Shown: positions 1 to 9,666 of the stretch, piece after piece | Position numbering within the stretch: position 1 is the stretch's first letter | How the letters are laid out: each line of letters begins with the position of its first letter | Source: Bacillus subtilis subsp. subtilis str. 168 | GTDB taxonomy: Bacteria; Bacillota; Bacilli; Bacillales; Bacillaceae | Direction of reading: 5' to 3' | Assembly: GCF_000009045.1 (NCBI RefSeq) | Contig: NC_000964.3 | Location: 4,140,001-4,172,000, forward strand | DNA: 32,000 nt | Program-made: the position numbers and the translations under genes | The notes under the pieces: model-generated | The model's database searches: none | What the model was told of the DNA's origin: nothing | The model's input: the letters and a program-made list of their open reading frames with translations, nothing else

Positions 1-149
1 AGATCAGTAAACACCTGCTTAGACAAAAGCTGGGCATCTTCAGGCAGCCATGTTCCCGCTTTTACCTTTTCTTCCGCGTAATGCTTTGTTGTGTACGTGA
101 GATAAGACCGAAATTCTTCTGTCTGCATAGGGGTTAGCATAATTGTCAT
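1..149 (-). CDS. yycN: Partial CDS, N-terminus of GNAT-family acetyltransferase YycN (runs off the left edge)
   Basis: Minus-strand frame starts at the ATG at 149-147 after GGAGAGA: MTIMLTPMQTEEFRSYLTYTTKHYAEEKVKAGTWLPEDAQLLSKQVFTD. Resembles YycN from memory and sits next to rapG as expected. Confidence 0.75.
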   Translation of the reverse strand, partial: MTIMLTPMQTEEFRSYLTYTTKHYAEEKVKAGTWLPEDAQLLSKQVFTD

Positions 150-259
150 ATCATCTCTCCTTCATATATTGACTAGAGGATTTTACATAAAATAGAAAGA
201 GGTGTTACTATCAGAATAAGCAACTGAGATTGATAAGTCACTAGAGAAAGGAGTTTCAC

Positions 260-1357
260 ATGAATAAGATCGCACCCGCAGAAATCGCTAGCATGCTCAA
301 CGATTGGTACCTTGCCATCAAGAAACATGAAGTTGAAGAATCCTCCCGTTTATTTGAAGAAGTGAAGCCTTTATTGGATGACATGGAAGAGGATCAGGAG
401 GTGCTTGCCTACTTCTCCTTATTGGAACTGCGCCACAAGGTTTTGCTTCACGAGGCGAGAGGACAGGGCTTTCAGCATGAGGAGCCTTCTCATATGAATG
501 CTACGTCTGACATGCTGAAATATTACTTTTTTCTGTTTGAAGGCATGTATGAGGCCTATAAAAATAATTATGACATTGCCATTGGGCTGTATAAAGATGC
601 AGAGCAGTATCTCGACAACATTCCCGATCCGATTGAAAAAGCCGAATTTCACCTGAAGGTCGGTAAGCTCTATTATAAGCTGGGACAAAATATTGTGTCC
701 CTCAATCATACACGGCAAGCAGTCAAAACATTCAGAGAAGAGACAGATTATAAAAAGAAGCTGGCTTCAGCCCTGATTACCATGTCAGGCAATTTTACAG
801 AGATGAGCCAGTTTGAAGAAGCTGAGGCTTATTTGGACGAAGCAATTCGGATCACGAGTGAATTAGAGGATCATTTTTTTGAAGCCCAGCTTTTGCATAA
901 CTTCGGCCTTCTACATGCGCAAAGCGGCAAATCAGAAGAAGCGGTTTCGAAATTAGAGGAGGCTCTACAGAACGATGAGTATGCCCGCTCCGCCTATTAT
1001 TATCATTCTGCCTACTTGCTGATACGAGAGCTGTTTAAGATCAAAAAGAAAGAACAGGCCTTATCTTATTACCAAGACGTGAAGGAAAAATTGACTGCTG
1101 AGCCGAATAGAATATGTGAGGCAAAAATAGACATTTTATATGCCATTTATGCAGAAGGGGGTCATGCGGAAACGTTTCACTTATGCAAACAACATATGGA
1201 TGACTTGTTGTCCGAGAAAGAGTATGACAGTGTAAGAGAACTTTCCATTTTGGCTGGCGAACGGTATAGGGAACTTGAGCTTTACAAAGAAGCTGCCCAC
1301 TTTTTTTATGAAGCATTACAGATTGAAGAACTGATTAAACGAACGGAGGTTATATAA
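260..1357 (+). CDS. rapG: Response regulator aspartate phosphatase RapG (TPR-repeat Rap family)
   Basis: 365-aa ORF with Rap N-terminus (MNKIAPAEIASMLNDWYLAIKKHEVEESSRLFEEV) and TPR-like repeats; followed directly by a Phr gene. Confidence 0.95.
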   Translation: MNKIAPAEIASMLNDWYLAIKKHEVEESSRLFEEVKPLLDDMEEDQEVLAYFSLLELRHKVLLHEARGQGFQHEEPSHMNATSDMLKYYFFLFEGMYEAYKNNYDIAIGLYKDAEQYLDNIPDPIEKAEFHLKVGKLYYKLGQNIVSLNHTRQAVKTFREETDYKKKLASALITMSGNFTEMSQFEEAEAYLDEAIRITSELEDHFFEAQLLHNFGLLHAQSGKSEEAVSKLEEALQNDEYARSAYYYHSAYLLIRELFKIKKKEQALSYYQDVKEKLTAEPNRICEAKIDILYAIYAEGGHAETFHLCKQHMDDLLSEKEYDSVRELSILAGERYRELELYKEAAHFFYEALQIEELIKRTEVI

Positions 1358-1474
1358 ATGAAAAGATTTCTGATTGGCGCAGGCGTCGCAGCGGTGATTT
1401 TATCAGGTTGGTTTATTGCGGACCATCAAACCCACTCACAGGAAATGAAAGTCGCTGAGAAAATGATTGGATAA
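1358..1474 (+). CDS. phrG: Phr signalling peptide precursor PhrG (C-terminal pentapeptide EKMIG)
   Basis: Not in the supplied ORF track (38 aa). The ATG immediately follows the rapG TAA: MKRFLIGAGVAAVILSGWFIADHQTHSQEMKVAEKMIG*, with signal-peptide-like N-terminus and EKMIG C-terminus. Confidence 0.95.
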   Translation: MKRFLIGAGVAAVILSGWFIADHQTHSQEMKVAEKMIG

Positions 1475-1480
1475 ATGAAA

Positions 1481-1503
1481 AACCCCCGCGGGATGCGGGG
1501 GTT
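1481..1503 (+). terminator. Rho-independent terminator of rapG-phrG
   Basis: aacccccgc-gggat-gcgggggtt hairpin immediately after the phrG stop. Confidence 0.8.
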
Positions 1504-1512
1504 CAATTTAAC

Positions 1513-1681
1513 GAAAGAATCCTAAAACGGTTTGTAGTTTTAGGATTCTTTCATCTTTTCAGCGTGATTGAAAACCCTTGAAGTCTAGGAAGAACGAGCA
1601 TTGGAGCGCAGCGAATGTTTGGAATTCGTGAGCACCGAAGCGCAGGCCTGACAACGAATGCGAGGGTTTGTCGACACGCTG
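1513..1681. repeat. Structured intergenic element, possibly the ~190-bp B. subtilis genomic repeat family
   Basis: Perfect 16-bp inverted repeat GAAAGAATCCTAAAAC/GTTTTAGGATTCTTTC (1513-1528/1537-1552), then a non-coding segment bounded by cagcgtg (560-566 offset, i.e. 1560-1566) and cacgctg (1675-1681) with inner accct/agggt pairing. Family assignment is from memory. Confidence 0.5.
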
Positions 1682-1710
1682 AAACCCCCGCGGGTGCGGG
1701 GGTTTTCTTA
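1682..1710. terminator. Rho-independent terminator-like hairpin 3' of rocF
   Basis: aaacccccgcgggtgcgggggttttc, almost identical to the phrG terminator; the better U-tract reads on the + strand. Confidence 0.7.
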
Positions 1711-2601
1711 TTACAGCAGCTTCTTCCCTAACAGGGATTCTACGAGCTCTACTGCTGTTTTGCCCGTTTTGTTTTTGTGATCAAGGATCGGGTTAACCTC
1801 AACGAATTCGGCTGAGGTAATGATGCCTGCGTCATACAGCATTTCCATAGCCAAATGGCTCTCCCGGTAGCTGATGCCGCCGACGACAGGGGTTCCGACA
1901 CCCGGTGCGTCGTTCGGATCAAGTCCGTCCAGATCAAGGCTCAGATGGACGCCATCACATGCTGATAAATAATCAAGGGTTTCTTCAATGACCTTTGTCA
2001 TGCCAAGACGATCGATTTCGTGCATTGTGTACACCTTCATGCCGCTTTCCTTAATGTACTTGCGCTCCCCTTCATCAAGTGACCGGGCGCCAATGATGAC
2101 GACGTTTTCCGGTTTGATTTTAGGCGCGTAGCCTTCAAGGTTAACCAGTGACTCGTGGCCAATGCCTAGGCTGACCGCGAGCGGCATGCCGTGAATATTG
2201 CCCGATGGTGAAGTTTCAAGTGTATTCAAATCGCCGTGCGCGTCATACCAGATGACGCCGAGATTATCGTAATGCTTCGCTGTGCCTGCAAGCGTGCCGA
2301 TCGCAATACTGTGGTCACCGCCCAGGACAAGCGGGAATTTTTTCTCTTCAATGACTTTGTTGACCTTTTGCGCGAGTTTTTCATTTCCCGCCAAAACGGA
2401 ATTCAGGTTTTTCAGTTCCTCGTCATTTTTGATTTTTTCGCGATTGATCGGAATGTCACCGAGATCTTCAACCGTATACCCCATGTCTGACAGCCTCTCG
2501 ATCAGATGAGCGTACCGGATGGCACTCGGGCCCATATCCACTCCGCGTCGTGCTTGTCCTAAATCCATTGGCATTCCAATAACCGAAATCGTTTTATCCA
2601 T
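1711..2601 (-). CDS. rocF: Arginase
   Basis: 296 aa from MDKTISVIGMPMDLGQ; ureohydrolase motifs GGDHS, WYDAHGDLN, SLDLDGLDPNDAPG. GAGGTGG RBS 8 nt upstream of the internal ATG, so the track's 2613 start is probably 12 nt too long. Confidence 0.95.
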   Translation of the reverse strand: MDKTISVIGMPMDLGQARRGVDMGPSAIRYAHLIERLSDMGYTVEDLGDIPINREKIKNDEELKNLNSVLAGNEKLAQKVNKVIEEKKFPLVLGGDHSIAIGTLAGTAKHYDNLGVIWYDAHGDLNTLETSPSGNIHGMPLAVSLGIGHESLVNLEGYAPKIKPENVVIIGARSLDEGERKYIKESGMKVYTMHEIDRLGMTKVIEETLDYLSACDGVHLSLDLDGLDPNDAPGVGTPVVGGISYRESHLAMEMLYDAGIITSAEFVEVNPILDHKNKTGKTAVELVESLLGKKLL

Positions 2602-2674
2602 CTGTGATTCCACCTCAACATTTAAGATAATGTCCTATGCGGGTTATAACAAAGATGACTTGCGGACAACGTTT

Positions 2675-4087
2675 TTAAAGCTCTAGCTGACGATTTGCCT
2701 GCTGGCGTTTTTTAATGACGACATGATAAATGATGTAGCAAATGATCATAAACGGTACGCCGCAATACAGCGCGATACGCTGCTCCGGATCAAATGCAAG
2801 ACTGATGAGCACGACCGTATTTAACGTTAGGCCGATCAGCGGAAGCACCGGGTACAGCGGTGTTTTAAATTTCAAATCTTCTATCTTCCCGCCCTCACGG
2901 ATATATTTGCGTCTGAACATGATTTGGGAAAGCGAGATCGTAATCCAGCCGACCTGCGCGCTCATGCCCGCCAAAGATAACAGTACCATATATACGGTTT
3001 CAGCCTGCGCAAACTTTGTCAGAAGTGATAGGCAGGCCACAGCCATCGTTACGATTAACGAGTACATCGGTACACCGCGCTGATTTGTTTTGCCAAGCGC
3101 TTTGAAGGCTTGTCCTTCATTCGCCATCGCGTACAGAATACGTGTTGATGCGTATAAACCTGAGTTCGCAACAGATAACAGTGCGATTAAAATAACAAAG
3201 TTCATGATATCAGCTGCATATGGGATTCCGATTTGCTCAAATACGGCAACAAATGGACTTTCCACGACACCCGCCTGTTTCCACGGAATCATGCCGGCAA
3301 TGACAATGATTGAAAGCACAAAGAACACAAGCGTTCTCCATACTGTCTGTTTGATGGACCGCGGAATCGTTTTTTCAGGGTCTTCACTTTCTCCGGCTGC
3401 AACCCCGATCAGCTCAGTCCCCTGAAACGCAAAGTTCACAGTAATCATCGTAATCAGCATTGCCTTTATGCCGTTCGGAAATAACCCGTCTTCATAAAAA
3501 TGTGTCAAAAACGGCGCCTGCTCTCCGCCCTTCAGATCAATCAGGCCAAACATGGCAGCTCCGCCGAGAATAATAAATAAAAGGATAATCAAAATTTTAA
3601 TGCCTGAGAACCAGAATTCAGATTCCGCAAAGGCTTTTGTGGTGATCGCATTTAAAATAAACATCAGTGCCGCAAAGACCAGACACCAGATCCACACGTC
3701 TATATGCGGAAACCAGCGTTGCATCAGCTGCCCCGCTGATAAAAATTCAATGGCGCATGTAACCGCCCAGCCGAGCCAGTACAGCCAGCCGAACGCAAAC
3801 CCGAAGGCCGGGCTGATAAATTTCGTGGCATAGGTCTGGAAGGACCCCGACACAGGAAAGGCGACTGCCAGCTCTCCTAAGCAGAGCATGGTCAAAAACA
3901 TGATAAAGCCGCCCACTAAATAGGACAGAACCGCGCCGAGCGGTCCCGCTTGGTTAATGGTAAACCCGGTTCCAAGGAAGAAACCGGTTCCGATCACTCC
4001 GCCCAATGAAATCATGAACAAATGGCGTGATTTCATTGTCCGCTGGAGCTGATTTCCGTTATCTTGGTTTGTATTCACATTCTGCAC
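2675..4087 (-). CDS. rocE: Amino-acid permease RocE (arginine/ornithine), APC family; true start may be the GTG at 4078
   Basis: ~467-aa multi-TM APC protein (HLFMISLGGVIGTGFFLGTG), located between rocD and rocF. Confidence 0.92.
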   Translation of the reverse strand: MQNVNTNQDNGNQLQRTMKSRHLFMISLGGVIGTGFFLGTGFTINQAGPLGAVLSYLVGGFIMFLTMLCLGELAVAFPVSGSFQTYATKFISPAFGFAFGWLYWLGWAVTCAIEFLSAGQLMQRWFPHIDVWIWCLVFAALMFILNAITTKAFAESEFWFSGIKILIILLFIILGGAAMFGLIDLKGGEQAPFLTHFYEDGLFPNGIKAMLITMITVNFAFQGTELIGVAAGESEDPEKTIPRSIKQTVWRTLVFFVLSIIVIAGMIPWKQAGVVESPFVAVFEQIGIPYAADIMNFVILIALLSVANSGLYASTRILYAMANEGQAFKALGKTNQRGVPMYSLIVTMAVACLSLLTKFAQAETVYMVLLSLAGMSAQVGWITISLSQIMFRRKYIREGGKIEDLKFKTPLYPVLPLIGLTLNTVVLISLAFDPEQRIALYCGVPFMIICYIIYHVVIKKRQQANRQLEL

Positions 4088-4125
4088 CCCTTCAGCAACT
4101 TGTATTGGATCTAAGCTGGAACATC

Positions 4126-4141
4126 TGCATGGTGCTATCCC
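4126..4141 (-). promoter_or_regulatory. Candidate sigma-54 (SigL) promoter of rocE
   Basis: Minus strand GGGATAGCACCATGCA has GG-N10-GC spacing; upstream of rocE, which is known to be SigL dependent. The -24 match is imperfect. Confidence 0.45.
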
Positions 4142-4300
4142 AGTTTGCTGTCCAAAGAGTCTCTATCTATTTAATATAAAATTCACTTCTTCTCATAAAG
4201 ATACATTATACTAAAATACTGTAGCTGAGCAAATAGGGAGTGCTGATTTTTCTGTTGTAAATTTATACAAACGAAGTGAATATCCCGCCATGGTGCGGAT

Positions 4301-5506
4301 TTATGCGTTTCGCAGCACGTGCTTAATTTTCTCTATCGCCCAATCCAAGTCCTCTTTGGAAATGATTAATGGCGGTGCAAAACGAATGACTGTATCATGC
4401 GTTTCCTTGCATAAAAGTCCCTCTTCCTTCAAACGCTCACAATACGGACGTGCCGCTTCAGTCAATTCCACACCGATAAACAGCCCTCTGCCGCGGACTT
4501 CTTTAATGACAGGGCTGTCAATACTCTCAAGCTCGCTTTTAAAGTATTCACCAAGTTCAAGAGAACGATCCGCCAGCTTTTCATCCTCCAGCACTTCTAA
4601 TGAAGCGATAGACACTGCACATGCAAGCGGGTTTCCACCAAATGTTGAGCCGTGTGAGCCAGGGTTAAACACGCCTAGGATCTCGCGGTCCGCCGCAATG
4701 CAAGAGATCGGGAACACACCGCCGCCAAGCGCTTTGCCCAAGATATACATATCCGGAACAATGCCGTCCCAGTCACAGGCAAACGTCTTGCCTGTACGTC
4801 CGAGACCCGTCTGAATTTCATCCGCAATAAACAAGACATTCTCTTCCTTACAAATCGCCGCCGCTTCCTGTAAAAATCCTTCAGGCGGAATCACAATGCC
4901 CGCTTCGCCTTGAATCGGTTCAAACAAGAATGCCGCTGTATTCGGCGTAATGGCCTGTCGAAGCGCTTCCACATCGCCGTAAGGAATGAGTTTGATTCCT
5001 GGAAGCATCGGGCCGAATCCTCGTTTATATTCCTCTTCAGAAGAAAGAGATACCGCCAGCATCGTGCGGCCGTGGAAGTTCCCGACACATGCGATAATTT
5101 CCGCTTGATTGTCAGCTACGCCCTTCACTTCATACGCCCAGCGTCTCGCCGCTTTCACCGCGGATTCAACCGCTTCGGCTCCTGTATTCATCGGCAGAAT
5201 CATCTCTTTGCCTGTCAGTTTAGCTGTTTTTTCGTAAAACGGCCCAAGCTGATCGTTATGAAACGCGCGTGACGTGAGGGTGATTTTATCAGCCTGATCC
5301 TTTAATGCCTGAATGATTTTCGGGTGTCTGTGCCCCTGGTTTACCGCAGAGTAAGCACTCAGCATATCCATATATTCATTGCCTTCCGGGTCCTTTACCC
5401 AAGCACCCAGCGCTTCAGAAATAACAATCGGGAGCGGGTGATAATTGTTGGCTCCGTAATGAGACGTCTGATCAATAATTTCTTTGGATTTAGATAAAGC
5501 TGTCAT
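4301..5506 (-). CDS. rocD: Ornithine aminotransferase
   Basis: 401 aa from [26 protein letters not shown]; class III aminotransferase PLP motif ([12 protein letters not shown]). The track's 5587 start extends into the promoter. Confidence 0.95.
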   Translation of the reverse strand: MTALSKSKEIIDQTSHYGANNYHPLPIVISEALGAWVKDPEGNEYMDMLSAYSAVNQGHRHPKIIQALKDQADKITLTSRAFHNDQLGPFYEKTAKLTGKEMILPMNTGAEAVESAVKAARRWAYEVKGVADNQAEIIACVGNFHGRTMLAVSLSSEEEYKRGFGPMLPGIKLIPYGDVEALRQAITPNTAAFLFEPIQGEAGIVIPPEGFLQEAAAICKEENVLFIADEIQTGLGRTGKTFACDWDGIVPDMYILGKALGGGVFPISCIAADREILGVFNPGSHGSTFGGNPLACAVSIASLEVLEDEKLADRSLELGEYFKSELESIDSPVIKEVRGRGLFIGVELTEAARPYCERLKEEGLLCKETHDTVIRFAPPLIISKEDLDWAIEKIKHVLRNA

Positions 5507-5565
5507 ATTTGAATTCCCCCTTGTTTTCTGTTTCAACATGTTATCCTGCTTTCCCTTTATATAAA

Positions 5566-5581
5566 TGCAAGTTCTGTGCCA
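5566..5581 (-). promoter_or_regulatory. Sigma-54 (SigL) -24/-12 promoter of rocD
   Basis: Minus strand TTGGCACAGAACTTGCAT, a near-consensus TGGCAC-N5-TTGCA element. Confidence 0.88.
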
Positions 5582-5623
5582 AATCAAGAATTCGTGTGTT
5601 TTCTACAATTTTCGAGGACAAGG

Positions 5624-5681
5624 TGCAAAAACATTCTGATATTTCGAGCGAAAATTTCAGCAAGTGCAAAATTCTTTTGCA
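5624..5681. promoter_or_regulatory. Pair of candidate RocR upstream activating sites between rocD and rocR
   Basis: Site A tgcaaaaacattctgat (5624-5640) and site B TGCAAAATTCTTTTGCA (5665-5681, inverted repeat), centres 41 bp apart. Confidence 0.65.
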
Positions 5682-5746
5682 TATCCTCTCCGTTTTTTTA
5701 TAAAATAGAAGCAATATTAAGAAAATAATTGAGGGAGGTTCATACA

Positions 5747-7132
5747 GTGGTCAAAGACAGCGAATTCCTCACATTGGTTTTTCAGAGTATTTTAGATGAA
5801 ATCGATGTTGGCCTGCACGTGGTAGACGAGCATGGAAACACAATCGTTTATAACAATAAAATGATGCAGATTGAAGATATGGAGAAGCATGACGTCTTGA
5901 ATAAAAACCTGATGGATGTGTTTATGTTTTCAAAGCAGCAGGACAGCACACTGGTACAGGCTCTTCAGGAAGGCAAGACGATTAAAAACGTCAAACAGAG
6001 CTATTTCAATAATAAAGGCCAGGAAATTACGACGATCAATCATACATATCCCATCGTCCAAGACGGCAAAATCAGGGGCGCCGTTGAAATTGCCAAGGAT
6101 GTGACAAAGCTGGAACGGCTGATCAGGGAGAATATGAACAAAAAAGGCAGCACAACCTATACGTTTGACAGTATTCTCGGCACCAGTCCGGCCATTCAAG
6201 ACGTCATCGAAAACGCCAAGCGGGCAACCCGTACGTCATCATCTGTCCTTCTAGCAGGCGAAACCGGCACGGGAAAAGAACTGTTCGCGCAAAGTATCCA
6301 TAATGGAAGCGATCGTTCTGGCGGCCCGTTTATTTCGCAAAACTGCGCGGCACTGCCAGACAGCCTTGTGGAAAGCATTTTGTTTGGGACGAAAAAAGGC
6401 GCGTTTACCGGCGCTGTCGACCAGCCCGGCCTGTTTGAACAAGCCCACGGCGGCACACTGCTGTTAGATGAAATCAACTCGCTGAATCTCAGCCTTCAGG
6501 CGAAGCTGCTGCGCGCCCTTCAAGAACGGAAAATCAGGCGCATCGGTTCAACAAAGGATACACCGATTGACGTACGTATTATTGCCACGATGAATGAAGA
6601 CCCAATTGATGCAATTGCAGGCGAACGAATGCGGAAGGACTTGTATTACAGGCTGAGTGTCGTCACACTGATCATCCCGCCGCTTCGGGAACGAAAAGAA
6701 GACATTTTGCTTCTCGCGTCGGAGTTCATCCAGAAAAACAACCATCTGTTCCAAATGAATGTTGAACACATCAGCGATGACGTGAAGCAATTTTTCCTTT
6801 CTTATGACTGGCCGGGAAATATTCGCGAGCTTGAGCATATGATCGAAGGCGCAATGAATTTCATGACGGACGAGCAAACGATTACGGCTTCCCATCTGCC
6901 CTATCAATACCGCATGAAAATCAAGCCGGCTGACATCCCAGAGCCGGAAACACCAAGACACCAGCCAGCCGCGGACTTAAAAGAAAAAATGGAAAGCTTC
7001 GAAAAATATGTGATAGAGAACGTGTTAAGAAAACACGGCCATAACATCTCGAAAGCTGCTCAGGAGCTTGGCATCAGCAGACAAAGCCTCCAATATCGGC
7101 TGAAGAAATTTTCTCACTCGTCTAACGAATAA
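5747..7132 (+). CDS. rocR: RocR, NtrC/NifA-type sigma-54 activator of arginine catabolism
   Basis: 461 aa from GTG at 5747 with GGGAGG RBS; PAS domain, Walker A GETGTGKE, GAFTGA loop (as KKGAFTGAVDQPG), Fis-type HTH. Confidence 0.95.
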   Translation: MVKDSEFLTLVFQSILDEIDVGLHVVDEHGNTIVYNNKMMQIEDMEKHDVLNKNLMDVFMFSKQQDSTLVQALQEGKTIKNVKQSYFNNKGQEITTINHTYPIVQDGKIRGAVEIAKDVTKLERLIRENMNKKGSTTYTFDSILGTSPAIQDVIENAKRATRTSSSVLLAGETGTGKELFAQSIHNGSDRSGGPFISQNCAALPDSLVESILFGTKKGAFTGAVDQPGLFEQAHGGTLLLDEINSLNLSLQAKLLRALQERKIRRIGSTKDTPIDVRIIATMNEDPIDAIAGERMRKDLYYRLSVVTLIIPPLRERKEDILLLASEFIQKNNHLFQMNVEHISDDVKQFFLSYDWPGNIRELEHMIEGAMNFMTDEQTITASHLPYQYRMKIKPADIPEPETPRHQPAADLKEKMESFEKYVIENVLRKHGHNISKAAQELGISRQSLQYRLKKFSHSSNE

Positions 7133-7302
7133 TCCGGAGCAGGAAGCCTGATCAGAAAAACAGTGCCTCTGCCGATTTCACTTTTCACTTCAATCGTCCC
7201 ATTGTGATTGTCGATAATCGATTTCGTTATGGCAAGGCCTAATCCCGAACCTCCATATTTCCGGGAGCGGGATGGGTCTGCCTTGTAAAACCGGTCAAAC
7301 AC
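7114..7302 (-). pseudogene. Remnant of a sensor histidine kinase C-terminus (HATPase_c G boxes only)
   Basis: FDRFYKADPSRSRKYGGSGLGLAITKSIIDNHNGTIEVKSEIGRGTVFLIRLP; no dimerisation or N-terminal domain upstream and homology breaks near 7301. Confidence 0.75.
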
Positions 7303-7433
7303 TAAAAAACGTCACTTCTTATGCATTGAAGAAAGAAAATGGCACCTATGTGTATCACAGCCAGCAACCACACGGTACAAACCATTAAAGTCCATGCAAA
7401 TAACGGAAGTATTTGCAGCTAACTGCCATTTGC

Positions 7434-7449
7434 TGTTTCACGTGTAACA
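7434..7449. other. parS-like ParB/Spo0J binding site
   Basis: TGTTTCACGTGTAACA, 15/16 to TGTTTCACGTGAAACA. Confidence 0.85.
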
Positions 7450-7490
7450 TCCATCTTGTATTTTTCTTCATATTCGATATATCCTTTTTC

Positions 7491-7525
7491 AACTGAACGG
7501 GCGTGACCCCTGTTCAGTTTTTTTT
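7491..7525 (+). terminator. Rho-independent terminator (+ strand orientation)
   Basis: AACTGAACGGG-cgtga-CCCcTGTTCAGTT followed by TTTTTT on the + strand. Confidence 0.75.
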
Positions 7526-7566
7526 GCATATCAAAACAGCCTGGCAACGATGCCAGACTGCTTTTA

Positions 7567-8769
7567 TTAACTGCCTAATTGGTCTGCGGAGGACAGCTTG
7601 ATATCAACAGATTTTTCTTTTCCGCCGCGATAAAACTTCACCTTCACCCGGTCACCGACTTTTTTCTGATAAAGCCGTTTTCGCAGGTCAACAATATCAT
7701 TTACTTTGTATCCGTCAAATTCCGTGATGACATCCAGTTCCTTCAGCCCCGCTTTTCCGGCAGGTGAAAAGGCGTCTACACCCATCACAACCGCTCCATT
7801 GGTGACGTTCTTAGGAAGCTTTAATGTTTCATCCCAATGATAGCTTGCGATGTCACTTAGCGATTTCATCTCAATGCCAAGGAACGGGCGTTTGACCTTT
7901 CCGTATCTCTCTAAATCCTCTATCACAGGGATCACGAGCTTAGACGGAATGGACAGGCCAATCCCTTCAACCGCTGACTCGGCAATTTTCATTGAATTGA
8001 TGCCAATGACCTTCCCATCCATATTTAACAAAGCGCCGCCGCTGTTCCCAGGGTTAATGGCCGCATCTGTTTGCAGGACTTCAGCGTTCCAGTCAGGCTG
8101 TCCATCACCGTTTGAATCTACTGGGATCGCCCTCTCCGTACCCGAGATGACGCCTTGTGTGACAGAGCCTGCAAACTCAAGGCCTAACGGGTTCCCGATC
8201 GCAATAACCGGCTCCCCAGACTTCACTTTATCTGAATTTCCGAAATCAGCGACTGCTTTAATCTTATCGCTTTTCACCCGTAAAACGGCAAGGTCCATCA
8301 GCTGGTCGCTGCCGACAAGATCAGCTGATACACGTGAGCCGTCTTTCAAGCTGATTTCAATTTGGGAAGCGCCTTCGATGACATGATGGTTGGTCACGAC
8401 ATAAGCGGAATGGTCATTTTTCTTATAGATGACGCCAGAGCCGCTCCCAGCCTCGCCGCTCTCTCCCCAAATATCTGATTTTTGGATGTTCACAACACCG
8501 ACAACGGCGGGCGACATATTGCTGACAATCTTGGTGACGGCATTGTTGACACTGACATTCACCGTCCTGATTGATTCCCGGCCATTGTTGTTTTGCTGCT
8601 GATCTAAGGCGCCTGTATCCAGCCCTTCATTTGAAAGGTACGGCATGATAAACGCCATTAATACGGCACCGACAATCACGCCAATCAGACTCGAAAGAAA
8701 ATATCCTTTTTTGCTTCTCTTTGGCTGTTCAGGAGTAGTATGTTCTTCCTCACGTTCGTAATCCACCAT
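7567..8769 (-). CDS. htrC: HtrA/DegP-like membrane-anchored serine protease with PDZ domain (HtrC/YyxA)
   Basis: 400 aa; one N-terminal TM, catalytic His in VTNHHVIEG, Asp in DLAVLRV, Ser in [10 protein letters not shown]-terminal PDZ. Confidence 0.93.
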
Positions 8770-8850
8770 ATTCCATCCTTTCCAAGAACGTTAATATGGT
8801 TATATTGTGGGTTAGAAACTCCTAGAATAGTCATGATTTACATAGAAAAA

Positions 8851-9645
8851 TTATACAGCGCAAAGCGGAGTGGCCTTCTTCGGATCGGTGTCGTATAAGT
8901 CAAATGTCTCACCCGTCACAAATCCTTTAGAAGCCAATGTCTGCTGCACAGACATTCTTGCCAGCTCCTTCATGTTGTTGTCCTGGCTCAAATGCGCCAG
9001 GTAAATACGAGACGTCTCATCGCCAATGACATCCGTCATCGCCAAGGCAGCATCTTCATTTGACACGTGCCCGACGTCACTTAAAATCCGCCGCTTAATG
9101 CTCCATGGGTATCTTCCCATTTGCAGCATACCGACATCGTGATTGCTTTCAAACACAAATACATTCGCTGAACGGATAATGCCTTTCATCCGGTCGCTGA
9201 CATATCCCGTATCTGTCATTAACGCGAGCTTTCGGCCGCTATAATGGAATACATAAAACATCGGTTCCGCCGCATCGTGGGAAACGCCAAACGATTCAAC
9301 ATCAAGTCCGCCGAACGACTTCACCGTCTCCATTGGAAATACAAACTTTTGATCGGTGTCAATTTTGCCGATTTGATTCTCCATCGCTTTCCAAGTCTTC
9401 TCATTCGCATAGATCGGAAGCTTGTACTTTCTGGCGACGACACCAAGGCCCTTAATATGGTCACTATGCTCATGCGTCACAAAAATGCCGTCTACATCAT
9501 CCAGCTTACGCCCGATCTGCGCCATCAGCCCATCCATGGCTTTTCCGCTCAAACCGGCGTCCACTAAAAATGCGTGATCCTCTGTTTCGAGGTAAAACGC
9601 ATTTCCCGTACTCCCGCTCGCAAGTACGCTAAATTGCAAGCTCAT
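8851..9645 (-). CDS. walJ: Metallo-beta-lactamase fold nuclease WalJ (YycJ)
   Basis: 264 aa with [10 protein letters not shown] motif; position in the wal operon. Confidence 0.95.
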
Positions 9646-9666
9646 GTTTGTCTCACTCCATTATTT

